DNA from: an uncultured Actinomycetes bacterium
GTDB taxonomy: Bacteria; Actinomycetota; Thermoleophilia; UBA2241
Direction of reading: 5' to 3'
Assembly (NCBI GenBank): GCA_963725665.1
Contig: CAVRZA010000011.1
Coordinates: 416,001 to 480,000 of the forward strand
Length of the DNA: 64,000 nt
Shown here in pieces: positions 11,321 through 21,092 of this stretch. The stretch's first letter is position 1, and each line of letters starts with the position of its first letter. A model generated the notes under the pieces. That model was not told the DNA's origin and did not search any database. It saw only the letters and a list, made by a program, of their open reading frames with translations. A program made the position numbers and the translations under genes.

Positions 11321-12442
11321 ATGAGACATGTCACGAGAAGAAGACCGGGGATAGCCGCCGCCCTTGTGGCGGGCCTGCTTGTTCTGGCCGTCGGACTGGC
11401 GGCGTGCGGGAGCAGCTCGAGCCCCGCCACCTCGTCGACCACCGGGAGCGCGCTGCCCTCGATGACGGCAGACACCATCGTCGGAGCGGGTGCGACCTTC
11501 CCGTTCCCGATCTACTCGAAATGGGGCAGCGACTACCAGGCGGCCCAGGGCATCAAGCTCAACTACCAGGCCATCGGATCGGGCGGCGGCATCTCGGCCA
11601 TCGAAGCCAAAACGGTCGACTTCGGCGCCAGCGACGCGCCCCTCAGCGCGTCGGACCTCGACACCAACGGTCTCGCGCAGTGGCCTCAGATCATCGGCGG
11701 CGACGTTCCCTCCATCAACGTGAGCGGCGTCCCTGCCGGCACGCTCAAGCTTACCGGTGAGGTCCTGGCCAACATCTTCCTGGGCCAGATCAAGACCTGG
11801 AACGACCCGGCGATCGCGAGCCTGAACCCCGGCGTCACCCTCCCCAGCGAACCCATCGTGACGGTCCACCGCTCCGACGGTTCGGGCACGACGTGGATCT
11901 TCACCAACTATCTGTCGGCGGTCTCTCCGACCTGGAAGTCGCAGGTGGGCGCCGACAAGGAGGTCAACTGGCCGACCGGCCTGGCCGGCAAGGGGAATTC
12001 GGGCGTCGCGGCCATCGTGCAGAAGACCGAGGGTGCGATCGGATACAACGAGTACGCCTACGTTCTGCAGAACAACATGAACTACGCCTTGGTGCAGAAC
12101 AAGGATGGCAAGTTCGTCTCTCCCTCGGTCGAGACCTTCGCGGCTGCGGCGGTCAACGCCGACTGGAAGGCGGCGGCGCCTTCGTTCGACATCGCTCTCG
12201 TGAACGAGCCCGGGGCCAACACGTGGCCGATCACCGGAGCCTCCTTCATCCTCATGCAGAAGGATCAATCCGACGCCACGCGCGCCAAGACGGCCCTGAG
12301 CTTCTTCGACTGGGCCTTCAAGAACGGCGCCGACTCGGCAAAGAGCCTCGACTACGTGCCGATCCCAGAGAAGGTCTACACACTGATCGAGCAGACCTGG
12401 ACGGAGCAGATCATGTCCGCGGGTACCCCGGTCTGGCCCTGA
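11321..12442 (+). CDS. pstS: Phosphate ABC transporter substrate-binding lipoprotein
   Basis: Lipobox LAAC; GAGATFP, GSGGG, FGASDAP, HRSDGSGTT motifs. Confidence 0.95.
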   Translation: MRHVTRRRPGIAAALVAGLLVLAVGLAACGSSSSPATSSTTGSALPSMTADTIVGAGATFPFPIYSKWGSDYQAAQGIKLNYQAIGSGGGISAIEAKTVDFGASDAPLSASDLDTNGLAQWPQIIGGDVPSINVSGVPAGTLKLTGEVLANIFLGQIKTWNDPAIASLNPGVTLPSEPIVTVHRSDGSGTTWIFTNYLSAVSPTWKSQVGADKEVNWPTGLAGKGNSGVAAIVQKTEGAIGYNEYAYVLQNNMNYALVQNKDGKFVSPSVETFAAAAVNADWKAAAPSFDIALVNEPGANTWPITGASFILMQKDQSDATRAKTALSFFDWAFKNGADSAKSLDYVPIPEKVYTLIEQTWTEQIMSAGTPVWP

Positions 12443-12526
12443 TCGATCGGGCTGATTGGGCCGCCTTCGCAAGGGGCAGAAAGCGGCTCACATGGGGTGA
12501 AACGGCTCACATGGTAGGGAGATGAC

Positions 12527-13513
12527 GTGAGCACAGTCGAAGCAGACACACGGGCCGGGGGCGCCGCGCTGCGCGCGGCGCCCCACCGCCTGCGCAGGTG
12601 GTTCGATCCCGCGTTCCACTGGGTGACGTTTGCCTGCGCCGCGCTCATCGTGGCTCTGGTCGCGGCCACCCTGCTGCTCCTCTTCAAGAACGCCTTGCCC
12701 TCGATCCGAGAGTTCGGCTTGTCGTTCCTCACCTCTGCAGTCTGGGACCCCAGCTCGGAGCAGCTCGGCGTCTTCACCGCCATCTGGGGTACGCTGCTGA
12801 GCACGGCCATCGCGCTCATCATCGCCGTGCCGCTGGCTCTCTGCATCGCGCTGCTGCTGGTAGAGCTGGTCCATCCCGTCCCGGCGCGGATCGTGGGGAC
12901 GGCCATCGAGATGCTGGCGGCGATCCCCAGCATCATCTACGGCATGTGGGGCTTCTTCGTCCTCGGACCGTTCATGGCTCTGCACGTGGAGCCCTGGATC
13001 AGCAGCAAGCTGGGGTTCATCCCTCTGTTCGCCAACGGTGGTGCTTCCGGCGGCTGGGACGTGTTCACAGGAGGCGTCATCCTCGCGCTCATGATCCTGC
13101 CCTTCATCACCGCGGTGTCACGCGACGTGCTGGAGATGGTGCCCGGCATCCTCAAGGAGGCCGGCTACGGCATGGGCTCGACGACGTGGGAGGTCACGCG
13201 CAAGGTGAGCCTGCGCTACGGCAGCGCCGGCATCGTCGGGGCGATCATCCTGGGGCTGGGGCGCGCCATCGGCGAGACCATGGCGGTCGCCTTCGTCATC
13301 GGCAGCTCGATGAACTTCAGCTGGTCGCTGTTCAACCCCGGCTACACGATCTCCTCGCTCATCGCCAACACCTTCGCGGAGTCGACGACGAAGCTCAACA
13401 TCGCGGGTCTGATCGAGGCCGGGCTGGTATTGCTCGTGATGACGCTCGTCGTTCAGGTGTTGGCACAAGTCTGGCTCAAGAGGGTGCGGGCGACGACGGG
13501 AGGCCGGGCATGA
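12527..13513 (+). CDS. pstC: Phosphate ABC transporter permease
   Basis: LAAIPSIIYGMWG, LGLGRAIGETMAV. Confidence 0.95.
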   Translation: MSTVEADTRAGGAALRAAPHRLRRWFDPAFHWVTFACAALIVALVAATLLLLFKNALPSIREFGLSFLTSAVWDPSSEQLGVFTAIWGTLLSTAIALIIAVPLALCIALLLVELVHPVPARIVGTAIEMLAAIPSIIYGMWGFFVLGPFMALHVEPWISSKLGFIPLFANGGASGGWDVFTGGVILALMILPFITAVSRDVLEMVPGILKEAGYGMGSTTWEVTRKVSLRYGSAGIVGAIILGLGRAIGETMAVAFVIGSSMNFSWSLFNPGYTISSLIANTFAESTTKLNIAGLIEAGLVLLVMTLVVQVLAQVWLKRVRATTGGRA

Positions 13514-14400
13514 GTGGTGAGGCCATCGTGGCACGCAAGCCGCTCACTCCCCGCGGTCAGACCGGCAGGCGCGTCGCCAACCTCATCATCAAGATCTTCG
13601 CCTGGGTGGCGGCGCTCATCGGCATCGCCGTCATGGCGTTCATCATCTACTACGTCGTGGTCAAGGGTGCGGCGACCATGTTCCGCTGGGGGTTCTTCAC
13701 GGAGCTGCCGCCGCCCCCTGGGGAAGGCACGGGCGGGCTGGGCAACGCGATCGTCGGCACCCTGATCCTCGTGGTGCTGGCGTCGCTGATCGGCATCCCG
13801 GTCGGGTTCCTCGCCGGCGTGTACCTGGCCGAGTTCGGGCGCACCAGCCCGATCGCCACGACCATCCGCACGGTGGCCAACATGATGGTCGGCATGCCGT
13901 CCATCATCGTCGGTGTGTTCGCCTACACGGCGCTCGTCTTGACGGTCGGACACTACTCGGTATGGGCCGGCGCATTCGCTCTGGCGGTCATCATGATCCC
14001 CGTGATGGCGCGCACCTCGGAGGACATCATGAACCTCGTCCCCAACGAGATGCGCGAGTCGGGGCTGGCGCTGGGCGCGGCGCGCTACAGGGTGACGCTC
14101 GGCGTCGTGGTCAAGGCGGCCAGGAACGGGCTTGTCACGGCGGGCCTGCTGGCAGTGGTGCGCGTGAGCGGAGAGACCGCACCGCTGCTCTTCACGGTGC
14201 TGAACAGCCAGTTCTGGCCCGACCTGAAGAACCTCAGCCAGCCTACTGCCAATCTGACGGTGAGCATTTACAACTTCGCGCTGAGCCCCTACCAGGACTG
14301 GATCGATCTGGCGTGGGGAGGAGCCCTTCTCATCATCATCGTCGTCCTCGGTATGAACATCACGACGCGCCTCCTGTTCAGCAGGCGCAAGGACTGGTAG
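13510..14400 (+). CDS. pstA: Phosphate ABC transporter permease
   Basis: ATGA overlap with pstC; PSIIVGVF, GETAPLLFT. Confidence 0.94.
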   Translation: MSGEAIVARKPLTPRGQTGRRVANLIIKIFAWVAALIGIAVMAFIIYYVVVKGAATMFRWGFFTELPPPPGEGTGGLGNAIVGTLILVVLASLIGIPVGFLAGVYLAEFGRTSPIATTIRTVANMMVGMPSIIVGVFAYTALVLTVGHYSVWAGAFALAVIMIPVMARTSEDIMNLVPNEMRESGLALGAARYRVTLGVVVKAARNGLVTAGLLAVVRVSGETAPLLFTVLNSQFWPDLKNLSQPTANLTVSIYNFALSPYQDWIDLAWGGALLIIIVVLGMNITTRLLFSRRKDW

Positions 14401-14406
14401 GAAGGC

Positions 14407-15276
14407 GTGAACGACATGAAGATAGACACGGACACGCCGCGAGTGGACGCGCAGAGCATCGCCCCGCCGCGTCTCGAGGTGTCGAGCCTCACGCGGACGG
14501 AGGAGACGAAGGCCTCGGAGCGGGCGGTGAAGGTGTCGGCGAGACACCTGGACTTCTTCTACGGCAAGAACCAGGCGCTCTACGACAACACGCTCGACGT
14601 CTACGAGAACCAGATCACGGCCATCATCGGTCCCTCCGGTTGCGGCAAGTCGACGCACATCCGCACCTACAACCGCATCTACGAGCTCTATCGCGACCAG
14701 CGGGCCACCGGTGAGGTGATCCTGGACGGGGAGAACATCCTCGCCCCGTCCACTGACCTGCTCAGCCTGCGCAAGCGCGTGGGCATGATCTTCCAGAAGC
14801 CGAGCCCCTTCCCTATGACCGTCTTCGACAACATCGCCTACGGCCTTCGTCAGCACTACAAGATGGGCCGCGGCGAGCTGCACGATCGCGTCGAGGACGC
14901 GCTGCGGCGCTCGGCGCTGTGGGAGGAGGTCAAGGACAAGCTGCACGAGCCGGGGTCCGCCCTGTCGGGTGGTCAGCAGCAGCGGCTGTGCATCGCTCGA
15001 GCTGTCGCCGCCGAACCCGAGATCCTGCTGATGGACGAGCCCTGCTCGGCCATCGATCCCGTGGCGACGGCGAAGATCGAGGAGCTCATGCTCGCTCTCA
15101 AGGAGAACTACACGATCGTGATCGTGACGCACAACATGCAGCAGGCCGCGCGCGTCTCCGACTTCACGGCGTTCTTCTTCCAGGGTGCGATCGTGGAGTA
15201 CGGGGAGACGAGGCAGGTCTTCGAGAACCCGGCGCAGAAGCGGACCGAAGAGTACATCACCGGCCGCTTCGGATGA
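14407..15276 (+). CDS. pstB: Phosphate ABC transporter ATPase
   Basis: [31 protein letters not shown]-terminus. Confidence 0.96.
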   Translation: MNDMKIDTDTPRVDAQSIAPPRLEVSSLTRTEETKASERAVKVSARHLDFFYGKNQALYDNTLDVYENQITAIIGPSGCGKSTHIRTYNRIYELYRDQRATGEVILDGENILAPSTDLLSLRKRVGMIFQKPSPFPMTVFDNIAYGLRQHYKMGRGELHDRVEDALRRSALWEEVKDKLHEPGSALSGGQQQRLCIARAVAAEPEILLMDEPCSAIDPVATAKIEELMLALKENYTIVIVTHNMQQAARVSDFTAFFFQGAIVEYGETRQVFENPAQKRTEEYITGRFG

Positions 15277-15298
15277 TCTTCAGGAAGGATTGAGAGCC

Positions 15299-16021
15299 AT
15301 GACCAGCCACCTCGAGCGCGAGATCGAGCGCCTGAAGAGGAAGATCCTTGCTTTGAGCGCGGTCGTCGAGGACAGCCTGCGCCAAGCCTTTGTGGCTCTC
15401 GAGCGCCGTGACGCGGCCCTGTGCATGCGTGTGATCGAAGGCGACGTAGAGGTCGACGAGATAGAGGTCGACATCGAGGAGGACTGCCTCAAGATCCTGG
15501 CGCTCTATCAGCCCGTGGCGCGGGATCTGCGCTTCATCGTCGCCGTCATCAAGATCAACCACCGTCTCGAGCGTCTGGCCGACCTGGCTGTGAGCGTGAC
15601 GAAGCGGACCTTGGCGCTCATCGAACACCCCTCCGTCCAGGTTCCGCCCGACTTCTTCGAGATGGCCGAGAAGTCGCGTGCCATGATCGCGCGCGCCCTC
15701 GATTCGCTCGTCAAGAGCGACACCACGCTGGCGAAGCTCGTCCTGGTCGCCGACGACGAGGTGGACAGCATGTACGTGAAGGTCCAGGAGGAGCTCAAGG
15801 ACGCCATCCGCCTGCGGCCGCAGGATCTGGATGCGCTCGTCGAGGTGTTCGCCGTGGCCCGCTACCTGGAGCGCATCGGCGATCACGCGACGAACATCGC
15901 CGAAGACGTGATCTACATGAACGAGGGCGAGATCGCCCGTCACAAGGCCGGCGTCTTCGAGTTCGACCGCGCGCCCGAGCCCAGCCCGACCGGGCGCGCG
16001 GCACGAGGAGAGACCGCCTAG
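15299..16021 (+). CDS. phoU: Phosphate signalling protein PhoU
   Basis: QPVARDLR, LERLADLA, YLERIGDHATNIAE. Confidence 0.95.
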   Translation: MTSHLEREIERLKRKILALSAVVEDSLRQAFVALERRDAALCMRVIEGDVEVDEIEVDIEEDCLKILALYQPVARDLRFIVAVIKINHRLERLADLAVSVTKRTLALIEHPSVQVPPDFFEMAEKSRAMIARALDSLVKSDTTLAKLVLVADDEVDSMYVKVQEELKDAIRLRPQDLDALVEVFAVARYLERIGDHATNIAEDVIYMNEGEIARHKAGVFEFDRAPEPSPTGRAARGETA

Positions 16022-16240
16022 CCGAAGTTCACGAGTTCACCCCTGGGGGACGCCCCTCCCCCGGCGGCCTTCAGCCCCGAAGGCTGCCCCCCCACTGCCC
16101 GGGTCCCCTACCAGCCCGGGCAGTGCCCTGCATAGGGATGTCTGCGGCACGGGGGGACCGATGGGCTTGCGGCGGTAGCGCGAACGACGCCAGGCCGAGA
16201 CCTCTGCTCGAGTGCGGCCCCTTCACCTGCGTCTGGGCGC

Positions 16241-16294
16241 CTCACACTATCCTAACGTCCGGCTTATGGTGGGCTAACGTCGGCTGGCAAAACT
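16241..16294 (+). promoter_or_regulatory. Candidate PHO box (four units at 11-bp period)
   Basis: CTCAC 16241, CTAAC 16252, CTTAT 16263, CTAAC 16274; N10; AAAACT. Confidence 0.65.
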
Positions 16295-16335
16295 CCTTGC
16301 GGAAAAGAGCGTAAGAGGTCTCGCTGGAGGTCGCT

Positions 16336-16527
16336 ATGATCACCCGTCGGATGCGTCGACGGCGCCGGCTGCTCGACACCTACGTGCGCGTTGAACTCGA
16401 GGACCCGGGAAGGTCGTTCGACGATCAGGCCCGCCGCTCGCAACAGGAGTCGCTGCGCCCCCGGCTGGAGGCCGGCGCTCTGGACCCCGGCGACGCTGAG
16501 GAGGCTCGAGAAAGGCGATCGGCGTGA
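16336..16527 (+). CDS. Small hypothetical protein (63 aa, Arg-rich N-terminus)
   Basis: GGAGG RBS 5 nt before ATG; lies downstream of a candidate PHO promoter. Confidence 0.45.
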   Translation: MITRRMRRRRRLLDTYVRVELEDPGRSFDDQARRSQQESLRPRLEAGALDPGDAEEARERRSA

Positions 16528-16663
16528 TCGACGGCACAGCGTCCCTGCGCTGACGAAGACCTCCAGCAGGGCTCGCAAACCTCTCCTGAAGACCGCGCTC
16601 ACCTTCCGCTGACAAAGGCGAGCGAGGATGCTTCCCGAAGTGATTGGCGAGACTGGGGAGCCG

Positions 16664-16963
16664 ATGACGGTGATCGATCTGCTGCACGAGCGCGCGGCAC
16701 GGGAAGCGCCCCGATACCTCGAGACTTTCGAGCACCAGGAGTCGCTCACGGCCGAGTTCGTCTTCTCCGGCGAGAGTCTGTCCCACGCCGTCGCCTTGGA
16801 GCTACGCCGCGAGATACGTCGCCGGGGGTTGGCCTACTCGGTGACGCGCCGCGGCAGGTGCGTCTTTCTCACCAACCACGCCCTCTGGGGCGATGTCGAG
16901 GACGAGCTCGCCCTGCTGCTCGACGGCCTCCTCAAACGCACGCGTTCCGTTGGCGAGACCTGA
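16664..16963 (+). CDS. Hypothetical protein (about 99 aa)
   Basis: GGGGAG before ATG 16664 (alternative start 16628); protein-like composition. Confidence 0.6.
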   Translation: MTVIDLLHERAAREAPRYLETFEHQESLTAEFVFSGESLSHAVALELRREIRRRGLAYSVTRRGRCVFLTNHALWGDVEDELALLLDGLLKRTRSVGET

Positions 16964-16981
16964 CGGCCACCGCCGAGTCCA

Positions 16982-17443
16982 TCAGGCGGTCTGCGAGGCG
17001 CCCTCCGCGGGCGCGGGTTGCCGCGCCCGCTGCGCGAGCCACTCGCACAGGCGCTGCTCGACAGCGTCGCGCACGTCGCGGAAGGCGGCGAGCCGCTCCT
17101 CCTCGGTGCCCTGCACTGCGGACGGGTCGGGAAGAGACCAGTGTAGGCGCGTGCCCACCCCGGGAAAGATCGGGCACTCCTTCTCGGCACGGTCACAGAC
17201 GGTGATCAGGACGCCGAAGTGCTGCCTGCCCAGGTACTCGTGCAGGCCCTTGGAGCGTTGGCCGCTGATGTCGATGCCGCGCTCCTTCATGACCGCGATC
17301 GTGAGCGGGTTGATGCCTCGCGGTTCGAGGCCGGCACTGTAGGCCTCGTACTCATCGCCGGCGAAGGTGCGCAGGAAGGCCTCGGCCATCTGACTGCGTG
17401 CTGAGTTGCCGGTGCAGAGAAAGAGCACCCTGGTCTTGCCCAC
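16982..17443 (-). CDS. arsC: Thioredoxin-type arsenate reductase (LMW-PTP fold)
   Basis: CTGNSARSQMAE (CX5R), ITVCD...ECP, HW...DP; AAGGAGG RBS before GTG. Confidence 0.9.
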   Translation of the reverse strand: MGKTRVLFLCTGNSARSQMAEAFLRTFAGDEYEAYSAGLEPRGINPLTIAVMKERGIDISGQRSKGLHEYLGRQHFGVLITVCDRAEKECPIFPGVGTRLHWSLPDPSAVQGTEEERLAAFRDVRDAVEQRLCEWLAQRARQPAPAEGASQTA

Positions 17444-17476
17444 ATCAACCTCCTTTGGCCACAACGATGCCCTGGC

Positions 17477-17508
17477 ACCATACCCGCCTCGTGTTAGGAA
17501 TCGGTTAC
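17477..17508 (-). promoter_or_regulatory. Candidate PHO box plus -10 of arsC
   Basis: Minus strand GTAAC-N6-CTAAC-N10-TATGGT. Confidence 0.6.
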
Positions 17509-17690
17509 GGTGCTGCCGGGGCGATGGAGGCCACTCCAGTCGGGCAACAAAGGAAGTCACGGCTGGCCGTGCCGGAAGAGTGGCGAGACTGGGCGCGGCG
17601 GTCCTCGCGGGAGAGAAAGCACGGTGTCCGGCGACGGCACGGTTCGGCTTGGCGCTACGCCCGGCGGTGGGCGGAACGGGGAGTTGGGAT

Positions 17691-19544
17691 TCAGCCGACG
17701 GTCACGACGACCGCGGGGCTCGCCGCCGTCAGCAGCCCCGTCGTCGCCGGGATGCGCACGCGCAGGCTTACGTTTCCGCTCGTCGTGGGCGCGGTCCAGG
17801 TGAAGGAGTAGCTGCTCGTGGCGTCGAGCTTGACGCTGGCCACGTCGCTCCACTTGTCAGCGCTCTTCGTCTGCAGGTGGACGGCCGTCCCGGCGAGGGC
17901 CGGCTTGACCTTGCCGGTGAAGGTGACCGTGCCACCGCCGGCGACGGACGTCGCCGACGCGGAGAGCGTGAGCACCGGCTTGACCGAGATGGTCGTCTCA
18001 GGCGTACGAGCCCCGTCGCTGCCGTAGCTGACGTAGTAGCGCGTCGTGAGCGGCGGCTTGGCGATCCGTGTGTAGGCGGAGTAACCGGCCGTGCCCGCCG
18101 GCAGGCTGGTGGTGCCGCGCGTCGTCGCCAGGGTCTGCGTGTGCCAGGCGCCGGAGCGGTAGAAGTGCAGCGTGACCGTCGCGCCGCTGGCGAGCGCCGG
18201 GTAGGTCCTCCCCGAGAGGGTGGCGGTGGCACCGAACGCAACCACCTTGTGCGTGCTCTGCGAGGGCGAGATTGACATGCTGCGGAAGTAGATCCAGGTG
18301 TCGCGCAATCCCAGGTTCGCGCGCAGCGTCGCACCGGAGATGGGGTGGATGCCGGCGCTGCCGACCACGTAGGCGTTGATGACCCGCGGGGAGGTCCCTC
18401 TCTTCGTCACATAGATCGTCTTGAGAAGGCCGTCGACGCCGCTCGGGTTGGCCGCCGAGTACGTGCCCAGCTTGGATCGGACCGAGCTGGCGCTCATCGT
18501 GACGGGGTCCCAGATGTGGTACGGGCTGGCGCCGTCGTAGGGGTCGGTGACGCCCTTGAGGTAGGGGACGGGGGCGGCGCTGCCCCAGACTTTCTCGATG
18601 TTCTCGGTGTGCCCGCCCGAGGTGGAGAAGTAGTAGGCGACGATCGGCTTGCCGCCGTAGGTGGCGACGACTCCCGCCGTGTCCTTGACCGCCTTGGTCG
18701 TGCTCGGCTCTTCGCCGTGGCCGGCATCGAGGCCGCCGTAGTACTGGCTCGCCGTCGTGCAGTACACGTCGAAGGCGCCCGTCTTGCGCGTGGCGAGCGC
18801 GTAGGAGCGAGCGGCGACGGCCTGGCAGCGCAACGCGGTGGCCGGCCACGAGGCGGGGGACTCGAACGGCACCACACCGTAGAGGTAGCTCTCGAGCGGC
18901 AGGACGTTCACGACCATCAGCCCGGCGGTGAGGTGGACGACTCGTAGCTGTCCGCGGTAGTGCACCCCGGCGGAGCCGTTCTGGTTGGCGTTCACCAGCT
19001 TGAGGTACGACGCGCCCGGCTTGAAGACGACGGGGGTCGCGAAGCGATACGTCGCGGAGCCGGCCACGACCTTGTAGGGGTTGGTGCCGCCGACCCAGGT
19101 GACCTTGGCGACGACGCCGCCGGCGATCGTCTTGGACGTCGAGCCGCTGGTCGCCTTGAAGGCCGTCGTCGCGGTGGCGCTCACCGCGCTCAGACCGGCG
19201 TTCAGCATCACCCTGATAGGCGGGTTGCCCGCGTTGCCGAAGCCGATGCCGGTGTAGTAGTGCTGCAGGATCTGCTTGTAGGTGAGGTCGCTGTGCGTCG
19301 CGTAGCCGTAGGCGCCGTACTGGCTCATGCCGATGCCGTGGCCCCAACCGCGGCCCTTGATGGTGAAGTTGACGGCGCTTGCGGCGCGCGCGGCCGGCGC
19401 GAGCCAGGCGAGCAGCAACAGCATGGCGACGAGGGTGGCGAGCGCGAGCCGCGCGCGCCGCTCACCGGCGCACACTAGCCAAGCGCGCTGCCACGCGGAC
19501 GCGGTTCTCTCTCCAAGGGGTTGTCTGCGGCGGGTGGCATACAT
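17691..19544 (-). CDS. SpoIID/LytB-domain secreted peptidoglycan hydrolase with C-terminal beta-rich domains
   Basis: GRGWGHGIGMSQYGA, LESYLYGVVP.E, QAVAARSYA, FSTSGGHTE. Start codon uncertain. Confidence 0.88.
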   Translation of the reverse strand: MYATRRRQPLGERTASAWQRAWLVCAGERRARLALATLVAMLLLLAWLAPAARAASAVNFTIKGRGWGHGIGMSQYGAYGYATHSDLTYKQILQHYYTGIGFGNAGNPPIRVMLNAGLSAVSATATTAFKATSGSTSKTIAGGVVAKVTWVGGTNPYKVVAGSATYRFATPVVFKPGASYLKLVNANQNGSAGVHYRGQLRVVHLTAGLMVVNVLPLESYLYGVVPFESPASWPATALRCQAVAARSYALATRKTGAFDVYCTTASQYYGGLDAGHGEEPSTTKAVKDTAGVVATYGGKPIVAYYFSTSGGHTENIEKVWGSAAPVPYLKGVTDPYDGASPYHIWDPVTMSASSVRSKLGTYSAANPSGVDGLLKTIYVTKRGTSPRVINAYVVGSAGIHPISGATLRANLGLRDTWIYFRSMSISPSQSTHKVVAFGATATLSGRTYPALASGATVTLHFYRSGAWHTQTLATTRGTTSLPAGTAGYSAYTRIAKPPLTTRYYVSYGSDGARTPETTISVKPVLTLSASATSVAGGGTVTFTGKVKPALAGTAVHLQTKSADKWSDVASVKLDATSSYSFTWTAPTTSGNVSLRVRIPATTGLLTAASPAVVVTVG

Positions 19545-19668
19545 CGTGCCGGCCTCACCTCATCGTCGCGGGCTCGTTTCTTACCCGAGGATACGGATCG
19601 CTGGTCGAGGGGGCAACCTGGGTCCCCTCGGGTCCGCCGTTCCCCGACACCGCCCTTCTCTTCTTCTG

Positions 19669-19753
19669 CTATCGGCAGCGTCCTCTTTTTCATAAACGTC
19701 GCCGGAGGCCGATCCTTGACCGCGCTCAAGGGATCTCACGCGGCGTCCGATAG
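19669..19753. promoter_or_regulatory. Back-to-back sigma28/WhiG-like promoters
   Basis: Minus: TTATG-N14-GCCGATAG (19669-19695). Plus: TCAAG-N15-TCCGATAG (19726-19753). Confidence 0.5.
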
Positions 19754-19810
19754 CGAGAGAGACGGCGCAGATACTGCCCGACGGCATCGATTGGCTGCGC
19801 CCGAACGGCG

Positions 19811-21016
19811 ATGAAGGCCTTCACCAGGACACTGCACCTGTCGGCGGCGGTCACTCTCGTGACCGCGCTCGCGGCGCTGGCCGCGCCGGTCGCCCGAGCC
19901 CAGACCTACCCCGACGTCCCCAAGGGCATGTGGGCGCGGGCCGCCATCGACTGGGCGACCGACCAGGGACCGGCCGGCAACAAGCTCCTCGACGACTACG
20001 ACGGCGTCGCCTTCAAGCCGGATCGGGCGATCACGAGGGCGCAGCTGGCGCGCGCCCTCGTGATCGCCTCCGGGCACGCGAGCGACGCTCTCACCGAACC
20101 CAAAGTCCTGGCGGACACGCCGCCCCAGCACCCCTACTACATCGACGTCGAGTTGGCCGTGAGACTCCATCTCCTCGGCACCTACCGCGACGGGTTCCGC
20201 CCCGATGTCCCGGCAACGACGACGCAGGTGAACAAGGCGATCGTCAGGATGCTGCGCCAGCGCAATGCGGGCCTCGACTGGACTATGCTGGCGGCCCTCT
20301 CGCCCGCGAACTGGGAGCCCAACCCGGGCTGGAAGACCGGAGCCCCGACGACCCTGCCCTTCGAAGTAGCGGCGCACTTCTTGAACCTGCGCTACAACCA
20401 TCCTTCGGGCACCGACGCCCAGGAGATCTCGCCCCTCGAGCCGATAGGCCGCGACGAGGTCGCCTATAGCCTCTACCAAGCGTCCCATCTGAGCTCGTGG
20501 CAGCTCAGCTCGCTCTCGTGGTACGACGCCGTCGTCCTGCCCAAGCTCACGACGAGGCAGAAGCAGATCGTCTCGTTCGCGCTCAAGTACGTCGGCTACC
20601 CGTACGTCTGGGCCGGCGAGTATCCGACGAAGAGCTCGCCGTACGGCGCGCAGGCCCACGGGGGCTTCGACTGCTCGGGCTTCGTGTGGTGGGTGATGAA
20701 GATCAGCATGCACTACCCGATCCCCGACTCGCAGCGCACCGCGGCCGCCATGGCGGCCGCCGCCAAACCGCGCATCACGCGCAGCCACCTCGTGCCCGGC
20801 GACATCATCTACTTCGGCCCCAACGGACCCAAGTCGACGGCGGCGTCGGTCTATCACGCGGCGGTCTACCTGGGCCGAGGCTGGTTCATCCACTCGAGCG
20901 GCTACGCGGCGAACGGCGTCAACCTTGCCTCCCTCAACTGGTCGGGCTGGAGCTGGCAGAGCGACTTCGCCTGGGGACGGCGCGTCCTGAAGAAGGGCGA
21001 GTTCATAGCCCCCTGA
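19811..21016 (+). CDS. NlpC/P60 peptidase with N-terminal SLH-like repeats
   Basis: Signal peptide; YPDVP..WA..AI and FKPD.AITRAQ; GYPYVWAG, FDCSGFV, HAAVY.G..FIHS. Confidence 0.88.
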   Translation: MKAFTRTLHLSAAVTLVTALAALAAPVARAQTYPDVPKGMWARAAIDWATDQGPAGNKLLDDYDGVAFKPDRAITRAQLARALVIASGHASDALTEPKVLADTPPQHPYYIDVELAVRLHLLGTYRDGFRPDVPATTTQVNKAIVRMLRQRNAGLDWTMLAALSPANWEPNPGWKTGAPTTLPFEVAAHFLNLRYNHPSGTDAQEISPLEPIGRDEVAYSLYQASHLSSWQLSSLSWYDAVVLPKLTTRQKQIVSFALKYVGYPYVWAGEYPTKSSPYGAQAHGGFDCSGFVWWVMKISMHYPIPDSQRTAAAMAAAAKPRITRSHLVPGDIIYFGPNGPKSTAASVYHAAVYLGRGWFIHSSGYAANGVNLASLNWSGWSWQSDFAWGRRVLKKGEFIAP

Positions 21017-21092
21017 GACCGGCCCGTCGCGGCCGGTGCGCTGGGCCCCGGATGCACGCCGCGAGCGAACTGGGATACAATCAGTCCGCATC

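Noticed and set aside
16027-16043. GTTCAC-ga-GTTCACCC resembling the Streptomyces PHO box
   Set aside because: Period is 8 bp rather than 11, and it lies just after the phoU stop rather than at a promoter.
16060-16140. Consecutive hairpins downstream of phoU as an ncRNA
   Set aside because: No recognisable RNA family; adequately explained as terminator-type structures in GC-rich DNA.
19545-19810. c-di-AMP (ydaO) riboswitch upstream of the cell-wall hydrolases
   Set aside because: Conserved ydaO motifs not found on either strand.
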